From positions 23,002,001-23,066,000 of the forward strand of contig NC_082731.1 of NCBI RefSeq assembly GCF_030144855.1: 64,000 bases of DNA. Reading direction: 5' to 3'. Of the stretch, positions 48,937-62,960 are shown in pieces; the first letter of the stretch is position 1, and each line of letters begins with the position of its first letter. Both the position numbers and the translations under genes were made by a program. The notes below the pieces were generated by a model. The model was not told the DNA's origin. It saw nothing but the letters and a program-made list of their open reading frames with translations, and did no database searches. The DNA is from Hypanus sabinus (lineage: Eukaryota).

Positions 48937-50729
48937 CTTTCACTCTGTTTCCATCTCTCTGGCCATTTTCCCCACACTGTCTCTTTCTTTCTATCCGTCT
49001 AACGCTCTATGTATCGATTGACCGAGCTCTCTGTTTCCTTCTCTTGTTTTCTTCATTCTTTCTTGTTTTCCTCGATTTAGTAAGCCTGTCTCTTTCTGTA
49101 ATTTAGTCTATATCAAAGCTGGTAGTTTCTATCTCCCTGCTGTTGGTCATTTGATGTGTTCATCTACCTTCCTGGATTGACAATTAAAGCATGCTTTACC
49201 CGATGATCATCTTGGGGTAGTATGGATCTGTACTGCTCCAACAATTCAAAATTTCTGTTTAATCGTCCATATCTGTGCGACAGCAGGAATTTAAACATCG
49301 GTTGACCATGACACTGTGAACTATACTTGCAAACAGGAAACGGAAGAATGTATGTGTTTGTGCGCATGCTTTAAAAGATGTGGGCATATCGCAGCTGATC
49401 AGTTTCTTATTTATCTACCTTCGAGTTGTTATCTTGTTTGTTATTTGGTTGTTATCTCCATTCAGTGCAACTTGATCTCTGTCTCCATCATGTTCCCCGT
49501 CAATCGACGATTGAGTTCCGCAATACTGCTGGTGTTATCTGCAAAGCTGAAATCTGATTTAAAGCAGACGAAATTCAGGAAAAATAGAAAAGGGTCCGAG
49601 AACGCAATACCTTTGCCAATCGATGGTGAAGATGAGCATTAGGCTCTTCAGCTTATTGCTTAATTACCTTCGTCCTCATGTCATTTGCTGGGAGGGAAGC
49701 CGCCCGTCATTGAAGTTTAATTCTAGGGGCTGATAGACGATTCAATCCAGATTCATGACTTAGAAGTGCAAGCTTTCGTCAGCAGTCTGTCTGAGGAATT
49801 ATTATCCACATTTTCCATGGATGAGTGTATGCAAATATGACGCCCTGAGTCGCTGTTCAGCTTCAACAGTAGAGAACTGCGTTGACTCCAAGCTGTACTG
49901 AAGCTACCACTGATCTATTAATTTACGAAAGTTGACGTCAGAGGCTCTATAACTTGTTTACCTTGATGTTACTGGACTTCCCGGCACAGAAGGAACCCTG
50001 AGATTGGACTACGAAATTAATTATTCATCACATGCAGATCCCACACACGTTACTCTGTGCATTTGCTGAATAATCGGCTGGCGATTTCATAATTACTATT
50101 TCTGCGACTTCATTGGAGAAAGATCGGAACACAAAGACAAGCCAAATGCGAAGAATTTCGCTTGCAATCTATCACCTGCAAACGGGTACCCCAAGGGAGT
50201 ATGGATCCGTCTCTCTTGAAGTTTTTGTCTGCACAAAGCACCTTGTGAAGCAAAGACGGCATACCGAGCCATCTTTCGTCCTGCCTTCTGCCAGCTTCCG
50301 ACAAATACAACATTCAATCCCACTAGAGTCCCTCAGAAGCATCTATTTATCGTGTTCTGTAGAACCTTCTCCCAATTACACTATCGTGGTAGGGTGACAC
50401 CACGTTACTAAGTTGAACAACTAAGCTTCCTATCTTTAGTTCAAATCCAAAATGAAATACCTATGAGACGGCAGTAAAAATCTTAACCAGGGTGTCACAC
50501 ACTTCCCCACATAGTCAATTCTCGTGACTTTGAAACATATTAATTAATTTATTAACACAGTCTTTAAAGAAAATTGAGATATCCGGACATCCAATGCATT
50601 TGTGAATGGTAGTAACATACCTCACACGGATACCCCACGTCCCACCAGTCGGTCTGACCTCCTATCAGCCGTGCCAGTCTTATTGACAAGTGCCTCTTGT
50701 ATTACTTTTGATTCTGACGTATCGGTGCA

Positions 50730-51028
50730 GGAGTGAATGTATCACGCGGGATACGACTGCGTTTCTGACTGAGGAACGACAGGCAGTGAGATTGAATTGC
50801 CGTGACTCAGCAACATGCTGTTATATTTTATGCTGCAGTTCACGTGCAGAATTACTTCAGAACTATGTTTGAGAAATGAGAATCATTTGTTACCAACTGG
50901 CATCAAATGCTTAAATAGTAAATCGCGATTTCAACTAACGTTCACTGATCAATATTCACAGTTGATCAATATTTCAACCGTCGTTTTTCACATAGCTGTT
51001 AAGATTATTTTTAGTCTGAGTAGAAACC
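50730..51028 (+). pseudogene. V-like relic, third family (psiV-C2), tentative
   Basis: ECITRDTTAFLTEERQAVRLNC places Cys at IMGT-like position 23 (TGC 50798), with TGC 12 codons later at the Trp41 position. Ends with cacatag (50989) + 23-24 nt + gtagaaacc. Confidence 0.45.
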
Positions 51029-51139
51029 TCTGCTGATCAGTTTGCCTCCCAGAAACTATCAGAGATAATAACCAGATAACAATTACAGCACGGAAACAAG
51101 CCATCTTGGTCCGTTTAGTCCGTGTTAAAAGTTGTGGAA

Positions 51140-51408
51140 GTTCCAACTTCCATAGTTATGGAGGGACATATGATAAAATTGAATTTTAATTATTGGCCAA
51201 TGCTTAATGCAAATGTTGCTTCCTATTACCCACAGTGTACCAGAGAAACGCTGCGGTATCTAGTGAGGAGAATAAGTGCTTCTTATGCACTTCAGTCGCC
51301 CAATTTAAAGATTGATATTCCGCAGTGCATGATAGAGACAGTTCTCTGTTTACTTTAAGTACTCCGGAGCTGTTTTCTCCACCTCGGTCATGTGTCACTG
51401 CATTACTA
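51140..51408 (+). pseudogene. Decayed TCR V segment, second family (psiV-B2), 5'-truncated
   Basis: ORF 51122-51358 VPTSIVMEGHMIKLN[F]NY...SYYPQCTRETLRYLVRRISASYALQSP, then, after frameshifts, FKD*YSAVHDRDSSLFTL..SGAVFSTSVMCHC (decayed ISGAVLSDSAMYYC; Cys104 TGC at 51399). Confidence 0.72.
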
Positions 51409-54400
51409 CTAACCGATGATGCAGTAGAATTAAGAGAATCAATGAAATGTATTACGGTTGTTTCTGAGATAAACAGAAAATTTAATTCATCATAACCAAG
51501 ATGCAATTTTTGGATTATTCTGCACAATAAGAATTACAGGCCGTGTTTGGTAAAAAAAAAAACCGTGAAGATGCACAAGAGGAAAATAAAACAAGAGGCG
51601 TAAGCAAAACGACAGAAGATGAAAGAGAGGCAGGAACACGAAGGACTGCATAAATCGGAGTCTGGTGCCATGGATTGCATTAGGAAGTTAATCCAGACAC
51701 GTTCATATATCCAGGTAGTTGTCATTTGGCATTCGAGCTATTTCGGCAATAGTAAAATGCAGTGTTGACATTTCATGCGCGGCTGGAAAAGATGGGCCAC
51801 ATAATCGTGTTTCATAGAGATAATGATGGGTCTTAGAACATCATGTTCTTTTATTCTTTATGATACCAGTCTTCGTAAAATAGATAGAAAATCCGAAGAA
51901 TTATCGAAATTTTTTATGAAAGTATGTTCGTCACCGTATCATATCAAATCATATCATATCACTGTATCATATCATAACTGTGATACAGTTTCCTCTGTGG
52001 ATACATAGCAAGTGTATAGAATATTAACAACAACATAATCAATAACATTCAGCCAGAGGGAAGATGATGATGAACGGCAACGTAAAAAAAACGAAAACGT
52101 AATCATCAGGTAGCAATACATATCAGGAACATAAGATGATACTCTGGTTGTTCTTGTTAGTTTTCGTGTTTGAAACAAAAAGAGTTTGATTTAAGAGCAT
52201 CGAACTGAAAATAATCATAATCTATCCAATGTCTATACGTCCACAGGATCTGTTTTCCGGCACATTTACCTTTACAACAGCTAGTACGTCCTCTGCTCTT
52301 TCACTCTGTTTTCTGTTCCAGTGTGTATCTAATGTAACCACTCCAGCTGCTTAATTTATCTGATTGTAAGGATATTTGTGCGACTTGAATTCAGTTGGAA
52401 CTTCTTCCTTCTGTACAGGGTCCATCGCCAATATTGTTCAGGATCGTATTGTTTCATTTCCAGTACAGCAGTACAGAAATGTGAAGAAAGAAACTCCTTC
52501 CAAAAGGACTGCCCGAACCATGAGACGCACATTTAACTGAAGTGACATTCTACTCTTATCTTCAGCTGAAGATCAGCAACTTTGCATTCTGGCTTTCCAA
52601 CCTCGTCATTAGGTACACTGAGTTTCTCTTACTCAAATACTTTAACATAGGTATTTACATTCACTATCCAAATGCCACCTCTTTTTCGCTAATTATCTGT
52701 TCCCTTGTGGTATACCTGCAGTGTAAACCTAAATTACTAAGCAGAAGGTAATGATATCCAGTTCCAATTACTATAAAATGTCGAGTTCTACATTATACTG
52801 AAACTGGTCTTTTTCGACGAGAGCAAACCATACGTGGTTTAAGTTGACACCAAATACATGGACAGAAAGCCAAAAGAAGGATTGCAATGAAACTCAGGAG
52901 ATTTAGGAAAGAGTCCGAAGAGCAGGCCATCCAAAGTAGCCATCGCTGGTTTTCACCCTGTGCCACATGATAGTCATAAAAAGGAATTGAATGACGGTAG
53001 AGTTAGATGCGTGGTTGACTATCTGGCGTTACAGACATCTGGAAACAAACGACAGGCTCAAGCTGCATTAGACAATGGCTGCCGACTAGTCGGTTGCCAG
53101 CGGAAACACTGACTGGTTTCAGGGGTTTGTGATGCGACTGGACAGATTACTAGGTAAGATAATATATGCAGTTCAAACACCCAAACTATTGGCTACTTAG
53201 GTGAAACCTCCCAAGAAAGTGTGCGTGCTGATAGCCACGCTATGTGACCATATGTTCTGCTGTGACGGACAGTGTAATAATTTGTAGAATTTTACACTTG
53301 GCAGCTCAAATTAAATTGTTTTACTGGGGCTAGCGTAATGGAGACCTTACAGTAGTGCTACCAAATTCCATAGTCTCTTGCTGCTCCGTTTATTGCTGCT
53401 CTCCCGAACTAATTCACTAAGTGGAAAGAATGTCACATGGACAGAACAATAGTACTTTGTAATGGATCGTGATTTAGCATCACTTTTTATTAACCTGTCG
53501 CCAGAGTCACAGGATCATATTACTTGCACATGAGAAGCAGATGGTACATCTTTACCAGATTGCCTCAGGAAAATATGCATAGCCTTACACTATATCTTGG
53601 ACTGAAAGCGTGAAACAACAGGGAATATGTTCATTGGGAAAAATACAACTCGCAAAAAGGTACCAGGAAACCTATCACCGCCAGGATTTTCGGGTGCCCA
53701 GTGCTGCATTTCGTTGCGATGGGAGATATATAAAGGGGTCGCCGATCTGAATCAGCATCTAATTAGAAGCATGAAATTAAATTCGATAATCTATCTGTTA
53801 CATCGGCAAATGAAATTCATGTATTAACTGAAAGATATTTACGTATTCTTCCGCAATATCATGAATGTTAGTGGAGAATAGCCAATCAGAAATAATATAT
53901 GATATTTAGCACACCAATTGTTCATGGGCATTGCTAATTCAATGGTACTCCTTTAAACTGCAAAAAAAAAGTATTCGTTTCAGGTGGAAGGCAATCATAA
54001 ATGGGAATAGGAAGAAAAATCAGCCACAATAAAATAAAAGTTGGATCAATATCAGAGGTGATCTAAAGCCAGCAATACACGGATGCCCGTTTACTTTAAA
54101 AGTTTTTTTGGTAATTTCTATCCCCGAGATAATTCCTGCAATTCCACCGTGGTTTTCATACATACAGAGCAACAAAGCATTAAAGTGCATTCACGCAGCT
54201 ATACAGGAACACAGCGAGAAAGGCGAACGGAAAAACCGAAAGGCCAGTCTGTGATGTGCCATAGCATGAACATGTTTTGCAAGCACAATTTTAATTACAG
54301 CAAAATGTCCTATAAAAAGTGTGTTTTATCTTTCTGGATCTAAGATTCAGTTTCCTATTATGGATCACTGCAGTAGTGAAAATAGATTCAAAGAGAAAGA

Positions 54401-55149
54401 GAGAAGCAAAATGTATCAGGGTCTGATAGTCTCTATAATAGAGATAAAAAAGTCTTTTGCTGGATCCTTCTATTTTCGGACACATGCGTACGAATCATAA
54501 ACACAGTGAATTAGTTCCAAAAGTTGTGTCTGTTTTTAACAATGATCCTTAATGTTCTGTTGTTTTTTTGCTTCATTGTTACTTACTCGAGGAGCAATTT
54601 TTGATTATTTAATGTCCACTGTACGTCCGTTGAACAAGTTGTAACCAGTTGCCGCTGTTACCCTGTATTTCATGATGGTTATGCCGCCTTCAGCCTCATA
54701 AAGGTAGCGGAAGAAGCGCCGACATATCTCCGAAAACAGTTTCGTTGTGCCTATCCAGAATGTTCACCATATCATACAGACAGGGTTCTAGCGAAGGAAA
54801 CATAATGTTCATTGTGAAATGAAGCAAAAAAAAAAGAAGTGTGCATAGTTTCTGCGTTCGATCACTGATGTGATTGTTTTAATTTCTTTTTACTACTACG
54901 TTGGCAGTTAGTGAATGTGTTTCTTCGCAAACGCAACAAATATGCTCGTAACGAAGTCGTCCATTATTGAACTTGGAGCTGCCATATTTCCTCCGTGACA
55001 CTTTGATTGAATTCCACATTCGTCAGGCCACAGGGTATAGGAGCAGATTTATGGTATTCGACCATCCAGTCTACCTTCTGCCAAAATGAATTTAAATGTA
55101 TTGGCAAAGTGGTCCTCTGTTCTATGTTTCTTTTTCTGACGTTACCGTG

Positions 55150-55429
55150 AAGGGAAAACGTCACCAAGTATTCGTCTGTGCTGCTGGTTGAAGAACGACA
55201 GACATTAAGCCTGCATTCTCGTAATTAACCAGCATTTTGTTACATTTTCTCCTGTATTTTACATTCAAAATTACATCCAGACATGTTTGTCAGATGAGAA
55301 CAATTTGATCACAATGGCTTCAACTGCCGGAACAGCAGATTCAATTTTATGATTACAAATTGTGATCGATATTTGAACTGTGCTTCTTCACGTATCTTGC
55401 CTAATGTGTAATCTGCCCGAACATCAATA
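55150..55429 (+). pseudogene. V-like relic, third family (psiV-C3), paralog of 17120-17403, tentative
   Basis: ENVTKYSSVLLVEERQTLSLH[S]...NCASS + cgtatct + 23 nt + acatcaata (55421). Confidence 0.4.
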
Positions 55430-55724
55430 AAACAGGCGCTCTTCATTTCCGGTGTTGACAAACTCTCATGATTGCAAGCTGGCTTTAGTTTATGAAGCCG
55501 ATGTTAACGTTAGGGATTTCATTTGTCCCTGTTCATCCTTTTATAAAGACATTTTGCAGGAGTCTGAGGAGACAAGACTTAATCCAGGAAAATGCTTCAA
55601 CTTACAATTGAATAGCTCAAACCTGAACTCTCAACAAAACTTGCTCCGCAGCATATGATAAAGAAACTTTCTTTGGAACTTTCAGTTATACTATGACTTT
55701 GTCCTATATTTCACAGCAGTCGAA

Positions 55725-58700
55725 TCATGGGATACAACGGTAGCAATGAAGTAGGAATAAAAAAGCGAGGATGTCCTGACGAGTGAGCATAGATAGTTTT
55801 GTAGGAAGTTCAAAAGCAGGATCCTGAGGGTGGTAATGTCAGGATTTCTACCTGTGCCACTTGCGAGTGAGGCGAAGAGCAGGATGCTCTGGCTGAGGAA
55901 CTGGTGTAGGGAGCGGTGTTTCAGATATCAGGCACTTTGGGATCTCTTCTGGGGCAGGTGAAAACTGTACAAGGGAGACGGGATACACCTTAACTACAGG
56001 GGAAACAAAATCCTTGCAGTGAGGACATTAGTGCTCTTGCGGAGGGTTTAAACCAGATTTTCATGGGGATGAGAACCAGGATGACGTAGCAGATAGTGAG
56101 GCGGGAGTGAAAACAAATTATGTTAAAAGATCATGCAGAGTCAGACATAGTAGGCTTGTGTGTGGTGGTAATAATCTCCTGAGGTGTACCTATTTGAATG
56201 CGAGAAGTATTGTGAGGAAGGCAGACAAACTGAGAAGTGGATTGACACGTGGAATTATGACATTATAGCCATCAGTGATTCTTGGCTATAGGAAAGGCAG
56301 GACTGGCAGCTTAATGTTCCAGAGTTTAGATGTTTCAGACGTGAGAGAGGCAGAAGGATGAAGGGTGGTGGTGTGTTGGTATTGCGAGTCATGGAAAACG
56401 TGACAGCAGTGCTCAGGCTAGACTGATTAGGCTGCTTCTCTACTGAGACCATATGGGGGATGCTGAGAAACAGGAAATGTATGACCACATTGATGGGGTT
56501 ATATTACATACCACCCAATATTCAGAAAGAATTGGAGGAGAAAATCCGCAGAGAGATAGTAGACAACTGCAGGAAATATAAAGTTGTGATAGCAGGGGAT
56601 TTTAATGTTTCACATATTGATTGGGACACCCATACTGTTAAGGGTCTAGACGGGTTACAGTTGTAAAATTTGTTCAGGAAAGTCCTCTAAATCAATATAT
56701 AGAGCTACCAACTAGAGAGGATGCAATATTAGATCTCCTATACAGAAACGAGTTCGGACATATGACGGAAGAGTGTATAGGGAAAACGTTAGTTCAAGTG
56801 ATAATAACAGCTTTAGTTTGAACTTCATCATGGATAAAGATAGGTCTGTTCCGCGGGTTGAGGTTCTAGACTGGTAAAAGGACAAACTTGAAAAAAGGAG
56901 AAAGGCTCTAAAGAGCGTGGATTGGGAAAGTTTGTTACCAGGGAAGTATTTGCTTGGTAAGTGCGAGGCATTTAAAGGAGAAATTTTGAGAGTGCAGAGT
57001 TTGTATTTTCCTGTCAGGATTAAAGGCAAAGAGAATAACGATAAGCAACGTTGGTTCTTGAGAGATTTTGGAACTCTGATAGCGAAGAAGAGAGGGAGAT
57101 ATATAATATGTATAGGAAACATGAGCAAATAATGTTCTTGCAGAGTAAAAAAAAAGTGCAAAACAACTTAAGAAAGAAGTCCGGAGGGCTAAAATGTGGC
57201 ATGAGGTTGTTCTGGCAGTCAAGGTAAACGAGAATCCTGAGAGATTCCACAGCTGTATTAAGAGTATAAGGATATTAATTGATCAAATTGGTCCCCTGAA
57301 GATCAGAGTGGTCGGCCATGTATGGAAGCAAAGGAAATGGGGGAGATCTTAAATGAATTTCTGCGACTGTGTTTACTAATGAAATTGGTATGGAGTCTAT
57401 GGAAATTAGACAAACAGATAGTGAGGTGATGGAACCTATACAGATTAACGAGAAGGAGTTGCTTGCTGTCTTCAGTCTCGTCAGAGTAGATAAGTTCCCA
57501 GGACCTGACAGGATATCCCTCGGACCTGGAAGGAGACTAGTTCTTAATATTGCAGGGGCCCTGGCAGAAATATTTAAAAAGTCGGTATCTACCGGTTAAG
57601 TGATTGGAGGATATCGCATGTTGTTCCGTTGTTTAAAAAAGGCTCTGAATGTAATCCGAGAAATTATAGGCCGGTACGTTTGATGTCATTAGTAGGTAAA
57701 TTATTGAAGGGAGTACTAAGAGATAGTATCTACAAGTATTGAGATAGACGGGACTTATTAGGAAGAGTCAACATGGCTTTGCGCGTGGTCGAACATGTTT
57801 AAGCAATCTATCAGAGATTTTCGAGGAAGTTATCAAGGAAGTGGATGGAGTGAAGGCAGTGGATGGAGTGAAGGCAGTAGATGTTGTCTGCATGGACGTC
57901 AGTAAGGCCTTTGACAAGTTCCCGCATGGGAGGATAGTTAGTAAGATTGAGTACCTAGGTATACGTAGTGAGTTAGTGAATTGGATTAGATATTGGCTCA
58001 GCGGGAAAAGCAAGAATGTAGTACTGGAGGATTGCTTCTCTGAGTGTTGTCCTGTGACTAATAGTGTACCAGAGGGATCAGTGCTGTGCCCATCGTTATC
58101 TGTCATCTACATCAATTATCTGGATGATAAAATGGGAAAATGGATCAGCAAATCTGCTGAAGATACACAGATTTGAGATGTAGCGGACAGTGAGGAAGGC
58201 TTGCAAATATTGTAGAGGGATTTGTACCACCAGGAAAAATGGACTGGAAAATTGAGTTTAATGCAGACAAATGTGAGGTATTGCACATTTGAAAGTACAA
58301 ACCACGGTAGGAGATACCAGGTAAATGGTAGGTTGCTGAAGATTGCTGAAGAAGAGAGGGATCTGTGAATACAGATACATAATTCGCTAAACGTGGCGTC
58401 AAATGTAGATACGGTCGTCAAGAGAGCTTTTGGCACAATAACCTTTATGAATCAAAGTACTAAGTAAGGAGAAGCGCTGTCGACGTTTCGGCCCGAAACG
58501 TCGACAACGCTTTTCCCTATAGCTGCTGCTTAGCCTGAAGTGTTCTACCTGCAGTTTGTGTTGTTGTTGTTGTTGTTGTTGTTGTTTGAATTTCCAGCAT
58601 CTGCAGATTTCCTCGTGTTTACGAAGAGTTGGAATGTTATGGTGAGATTACATAAGGATTGGCTGAGGCTGAATTTGGAATATTGTGTGAAGTTGTTTTT

Positions 58701-59240
58701 TTTTACCTAATTACAGGAAGGATATTAATAACGTTGAAAGATTGCAGAAAAGGTCTACAGGGATGATGCCGGAACTTGAGAAACTGAGTTACAGAGAAAG
58801 GTTGAATAGTTTAGGACATTTTTCCCTGGAGTGGAGAAGAATGAAGGGAGATTTGATAGAGATATATAACATTATGATGGGTATATATAGAGTGAACTCA
58901 AGCAAGCTTCTTCCACTGAGGCTAGGGGAAAAAGAAAATAAAAATCAGAGGACATGTATTAAAGCTGAAGGGGGAAATCTTTATAGGGAACATGGCGGGG
59001 GGGGGATTGATTATTTTCACACACAGTGTGCTGGGAGTGTGGAATGAGCTGCGAGATGAAGTTCTAAATGCAGGCTCACCTTGAACATTTAATAAAAACT
59101 TGGACAGGTAAATGGATGAGAGCGGTATGCAGGGATATAATCCAGGCGCAGGTCAGTGGGACGAGGCAGAAAAATGATTCGACATATTCATGAAGGTGCG
59201 AAGTGCCTGTTTCGGTGCTGTAGTATTCACTGGTTCTTAT
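55725..59240 (+). mobile_element. CR1 LINE, largely complete 3' 3.5 kb (ORF1 esterase end, EN, RT, 3' tail), decayed
   Basis: ORF 57841-58176 VDVVCMDVSKAFDKFPHGRIV...SVIYINYLDD...SKSAEDTQI and ORF 58742-59047 LSYRERLNSLGHFSLEWRRMKGDLIEIYNIM. Confidence 0.9.
58467..58622 (+). mobile_element. Penelope-like element 3' end with an inverted duplicate (palindrome) and (GTT)n, inserted into CR1
   Basis: ccgaaacgtcgac..cgcttttccctatagctgctgc...tttgaatttccagcatctgcagatttcctcgtgttt. Absent from the unit-1 CR1 at ~27105-27115. Confidence 0.7.
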
Positions 59241-59844
59241 CAGGATCCTGTCAGACTTAAGCTGGACGGCACGATCAAAGAACTAGGTAATAGATCCTCC
59301 AATGTTGTTTCTGTAAAGTCAAAGATTATGTTGTTGACAAATGAATTATAAAGTTAAGTGCAGTTCATTTGAAAACCAGCAACAGTATCACATTTACATT
59401 GCATCATGGAAGCACAATAAAAAAAAATACAAATGTAAGCAGTGATTACGCACATCTGTACACGACTGAACGCGATTAAACTTGGAATAAAAAGACAATT
59501 CTGCTATTACAGTAATAAAATTGTTTAAACTATCGTAACACTGTAGATATGATATATTTACCGATCTGAAATCCATTTTCTGGACACAGATTGCCTCTGG
59601 AATTTATTTAAAGTAGTGTCATAATCAGAATATCGCATGGAATCAGGTCGATGACGCTGCGAAACGGGATGACATCCTTCAAACACTAAATACTTTCACC
59701 ACACAGCAGGCGCAGGAGTCGGCAGAGCGGTGTGGAAGTATCAAAGATAACAGCTTTCGGCTATGACAAACACGTTAGGCGCCCGTACAGAACACGAATT
59801 ACACACTGAGAGTTATTTAGTTAGCCTGTGTTATCTCTGGGATA

Positions 59845-59996
59845 NNNNNNNNNNNNNNNNNNNNNNNNNNNNNNNNNNNNNNNNNNNNNNNNNNNNNNNN
59901 NNNNNNNNNNNNNNNNNNNNNNNNNNNNNNNNNNNNNNNNNNNNNNNNNNNNNNNNNNNNNNNNNNNNNNNNNNNNNNNNNNNNNNNNNNNNNNNN
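59845..59996. other. Run of N
   Basis: Direct reading. Confidence 0.95.
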
Positions 59997-62669
59997 AAAA
60001 GGGAGAGACAGACATCCAGATGATCGAACTGAGACATAACCACCGGAGAATATAAATCCTTTCTCATGCTCACTCCCAAGCACCTCAAATCCTGCACTGA
60101 TAATGATACCTCCACTTGACAGTGAGTCTGTATTTTTTTCCGGTCAGCTTGGCGTTTGCATCCCATCTTTGTTGTTGGCCTTTCCACACATGTTGCCCCT
60201 ATCGTTCACAACTTCTGATATATATTCTGGCATCCTGTGACTCTCGGAGATAATATTTAGCACCTTGATTTTCACGGAGATTCGCCGACAGATGAACTGA
60301 AGAGACGAAGCCTTGGTTACAAACATCAACCACCCGATTTGCCAGATTGGTTTTCCGGATTGCACGAGCGAGACTGCTTCAGGTTAAGAAAAGTTGATGT
60401 TGCGTTATTTTCTCTACGTTAGTCTTGTGTTTCTATATTATAATGCTAAAAACTGATTTCGGCAAAAATGCAGGTGTACAACAACGCTGAATAAGAACTC
60501 TCAAGATCCCACGAGTGTGCATTCTCAATTGGGTGAGATAAAACGTTGTTCCAGCAATTGAAGAAGACAGATCAGACAGACCATGCTGGTAAATGAAGCG
60601 GAATAGGTTTCGGCAAGTACAGGTTGTGAAAACTGAGTTTGGTGAAATACGGTGTGTAAACGATAAGTTGCCTCCAGATGTGTTATTTGATTCGCTCCTA
60701 ACACAGCAATCTGCTTTTCTTTGCACCCAAGACTTCAGAGTAACTTATCTGCAAAAATATCAAGGTCAATGAGAAAATTAAAACAAACTGAAAACAAAGT
60801 ACACAATACGAAACGAAACAATCCTCGTGTATCATTTTCTCCCAACTCAATACTTCCTGTAAATATTTGACGTGCGGGGATTAGTTGTGAGTGCCAAATA
60901 GTAAAAGTTCTCCAAAATGTTCTACAGTTTTTGGACAGGAAAGGATGTAAAACAGTAATGTCAGAGCAATCTTGCATGAGTTGGTGAAGGGCATTGATGG
61001 TGCGGATATTCAGAGGCTTTTTTTCCAAGGCAGAAGTCGCTAACACGAGGGGTGGCATAGTTTTAATATGCTTGAGAATAAGTGCAGACCGGATGTCAGG
61101 AGTAGGATTTTCACAAATAGATTGGCGAGTGCGTGGAATGCAATAACGGCGGCGATGGTGCAAGCATCTAACATGGCGTCTTTTGAAAGCTTCTTATACC
61201 GGAATATGGTGCTTAGACAAATAGAGGTCAATGCATTTGGGAAATTCTATGCAGTTTCTGGGGTAGACTGCATGGTCGCCAAAACATTGACCTGTAATAT
61301 GCTGTAGATTTCCATGTTTTACTATCTATTTTCTCTGGAGTTGTACATGCGGATATATAGAAAATAAAAAAAAAATATTCACTTGTGTTGAATGTATCAC
61401 CTTGAGCTAAATTAACACTTTCAAGTAGCCTCAGCACTTACATCTTCAGGTTCCTCTCCTCAGCAGGCAGAACACCGGTGGAGTGATGATATTGTTTCAC
61501 CTATCACTTGGAACAATGCATGCATCTTGATGTATACCATTGCAGGTTGCATTTCCCATTGGTGAGAAGGAGTACTTGTAATCCAGGAGTTAAGTGAAAC
61601 ATCGTAATAAGAAATTATAACAACAGATAGAAGATCCCAACGTAGTTAATGCCGATTCGCAATATTTAACGCAGAGTTCACCTTTTTCATTTGCATTTTT
61701 AAGCATTTGGGGTCTCTACACTGTTTGTATTGGTTGTTTTAAAGCAGGAAGTAATTTATTTTGCAGTGTTATTTATGTACATTCATTTGAACATTTTTTT
61801 TCAATTCGCACTCATCTCTTGTAGTTGTTCTCTATCTCTTGGTGCATGATGGCCGGATAAATTTGGACCTTCCACATTTATACTCAAAGATCATCTTGAA
61901 TGAATCAAATCCCTTTGCTTGTCAGGGTGAAAAAGTCATTATTGCGATGCAAGTGAGTTCCATTTCATCCAAACATTACATTATAGCTGTAAATTCCGAT
62001 GTTTCACTCCAAATGACCAAAACACTCACATTTCATAAAATTCCAGTTATACAGCAATGTTCTTAAAACTTCTTTGTTGGAGTGTCTCAAAAATGTGTTT
62101 TAGTTTAAATACACTTGAAATGAAGTTTGACAGAAATCTTCAGCGAATGGCAGTGTCACATATGCTCGATTCTTAAATAAAATTACGGCCCATGCAATCT
62201 TATCACTAAATCCCTCTCCACTTCTAAGCCATGCCGGTTGACCGATTTGAAGCTTAAATGAATATCCAAAGTACGCTCTGAATATATATTATTAACGACA
62301 GTGTCTCCAGAGGTCTGTGTCGTAAATAGTCACAGGCCAATGGAAGAGTAAGTTCTGGCTCATTAATGCTTTCGAAACAAAACCTCTACCCTTTGTTAAA
62401 AGTAGTATTTAAATCAGAGTAAGATGCCACAATGAGGACAAACACTTTCCAGCAAACTCACCGACAAGAACAACGCAAAAAATCAAATCTGTATGTTTCA
62501 GCAAATTCTTGTTATATTCATATATTTTTATTTTCCAGGCGATGTCGAAGTTTCTCCATTTTCTTCCAATTCAGATCAATGCTTCATTATTATTCCTTAA
62601 TTGGTATTTGTTTCTGTTTGAGTAATTCTGTTTTGAAGTCCAAATCTGAGCCGAAAAGCAAACACCGAA

Positions 62670-62960
62670 GCATGGAATCTCAGAAAACCTGCAGCACTAT
62701 ACAGCCCATTCGGCGCCAAAATTTGTGCTGAACATGTACCTACCTTAGAAATTACTGGCGTTACCCATAGCCCTCTATTTTTCTTGTACCTATCCAAAAG
62801 CCTCTTACACGACCTTATCCTATCCGCCTTCACTACCGTTGCCGGCAGCCCATTCCACACACTCACCAATCTCTCCGTAAGAAACCTACCACTGATATCT
62901 CTTCTGAACCTACTGACAAGCACCTTAAACCTGTGCCCTCTTGTGGCCTCACAAGTCCGT
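62670..62960 (-). mobile_element. CR1-type LINE 3' end (paralog of 29870-30170)
   Basis: ORFs 62597-63013 and 62784-63086 (TRGHRFKVLVSRF..DISGRFLTERLVSVWNGLP.TVV.AD). Confidence 0.7.
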
